From Mustelus asterias (Eukaryota): 64,000 bases of DNA. Shown here piece after piece: positions 62,940-64,000 of this stretch (positions are counted from its first letter, which is position 1; each line of letters starts with the position of its first letter). The stretch spans positions 1,054,001 through 1,118,000 of the forward strand of contig NW_027590141.1 in NCBI RefSeq assembly GCF_964213995.1. Direction: 5' to 3'. Position numbers and translations under genes: made by a program. The notes below the pieces were generated by a model that did no database searches, was not told where the DNA came from, and was given only the letters and a program-made list of their open reading frames with translations.

Positions 62940-63130
62940 CCGGTCCTCCAACTCTTTCCATTGGTTAACACTTCAGCATGAAGGTCAGGGGGTGAGCTCT
63001 CTTTGCACATGCGCAGCTTCCCCTCTCCTCTGGACATGCGCAGTCCAATGTGGCCCGCCCGCGTGGTGGATAGAGTGGTTTCTCCGTCATGGGCAATTGT
63101 GGGAGCTGCGGCCGCCATTACTCATCCGGA
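62940..63130. promoter_or_regulatory. Housekeeping-type promoter, probably of the zinc-finger gene
   Basis: NRF1-like tgcacatgcgca (63004-63015) and gacatgcgca (63033-63042), CCAAT boxes, GC box, YY1-like gccgccatt (63111-63119). Confidence 0.55.
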
Positions 63131-63419
63131 GCCCAGTCTCTAAACTCCTGGGACTGTGATGGAAAGTGGGAGTCGGGGGCGCAGTGACCCCACCCTGACA
63201 CAAAGTACATGTGGGGAGTCACTGGATTGGATTGGGATGTCCCCTTTACAAAACAGTTTGTTAACTTCAGGTGGAAAGATTTAGACACTTGGGTGACATT
63301 GGGGAAGGCAGCAGGTGAGTGTGAAACTGATCCCGAGAGTCAGCACCTTCAGGGGAGGAGAACTGGGGAAAAAGAAAGTGGAGGATAGTCGGATAAATTA
63401 GTGTTACAATCAATCGTAT

Positions 63420-64000
63420 CAATAGGCCTGCATGAGGTTCCTCCACGTGCTCCAGTTTCCTCCCACAGTCTGAAAGACATGCTGATTAGGTGCATTGACC
63501 CGAACAGGTGCCGGATGGTGGCAATTAGGGGAATTTCACAGTAACTTCATTGCAGTGTTAATGTAAGCCTTACTTGTGACTTATAAATAAACTTTACTTT
63601 AGGAAGGAGGGAGTCTGTGGGGACAGAGATTTATAGTTTGAGATGAAGAAGGATTTTGTGTGACATGTATTTACCCCATTAATTCCCCCAACCCATACAC
63701 TAAGAGGCAATTTGCCATGGCCAATCCACCTAACCTGCACATCTTTGGAGTGTGGGATGAAATTGGAGCACTCTGAGCAAACTCATGCAGACACAGGGAG
63801 AACGTGCAAACTCCACACAGAGAGTTGTGGCACAGTGGTTAGCACTGCTACCTCAGAGTGCCAGGGATCCGGTTCAATTCCAGTCTTGGGTGACTGTGTG
63901 GAGTTTGCACGTTCTCTCTGTAGCTGCATGGGTTTCCTCTGGGTGCTCAGGTTTCCTCCCACAGTCTGGAAGACATGCTGCTTAGCTGCATTGGCCGTGC
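63420..64000. mobile_element. Cluster of V-SINE fragments in both orientations
   Basis: V core at 63435-63600 (+), 63700-63820 (-) and 63826-64000 (+). Confidence 0.75.

Overview
Eukaryotic DNA from a cartilaginous fish (shark): V-SINE/HE1-type SINEs, CR1 LINEs and a cluster-type Ig locus. The core is one complete, unrearranged, apparently intact IgM heavy-chain cluster on the + strand: promoter and leader (36945), VH, D1, D2, JH with 23 / 12-22 / 12-12 / 23 RSS spacers, Cmu1-Cmu4 with secretory tail (stop 53517) and TM1/TM2 exons (stop 56987). A 187-N gap lies in the J-C intron. Upstream, the ~10.7 kb 5' flank of the cluster is present twice in tandem. The first copy (~4800-26655, inflated by LINEs) ends in a leaderless, RSS-less VH pseudogene that breaks off in FR3 and is fused to the second copy. 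Downstream are damaged C2H2 zinc-finger genes on the - strand. Best leads, all untested inferences: (1) a G-rich ~20-bp tandem array full of AID hotspots 1 kb upstream of Cmu1, at the position of tetrapod S-mu; (2) an in-phase U_UUA_AAC -1 frameshift signature at the CR1 ORF1/ORF2 junction in two copies; (3) the relic VH whose breakpoint lies near the former RSS; (4) CTCF-like motifs bracketing the cluster; (5) a conserved FOX/IRF/octamer block in both flank copies; (6) Penelope-type minimal hammerhead ribozymes. Ig exon and RSS coordinates were counted by hand from splice and RSS motifs; repeat boundaries are approximate.
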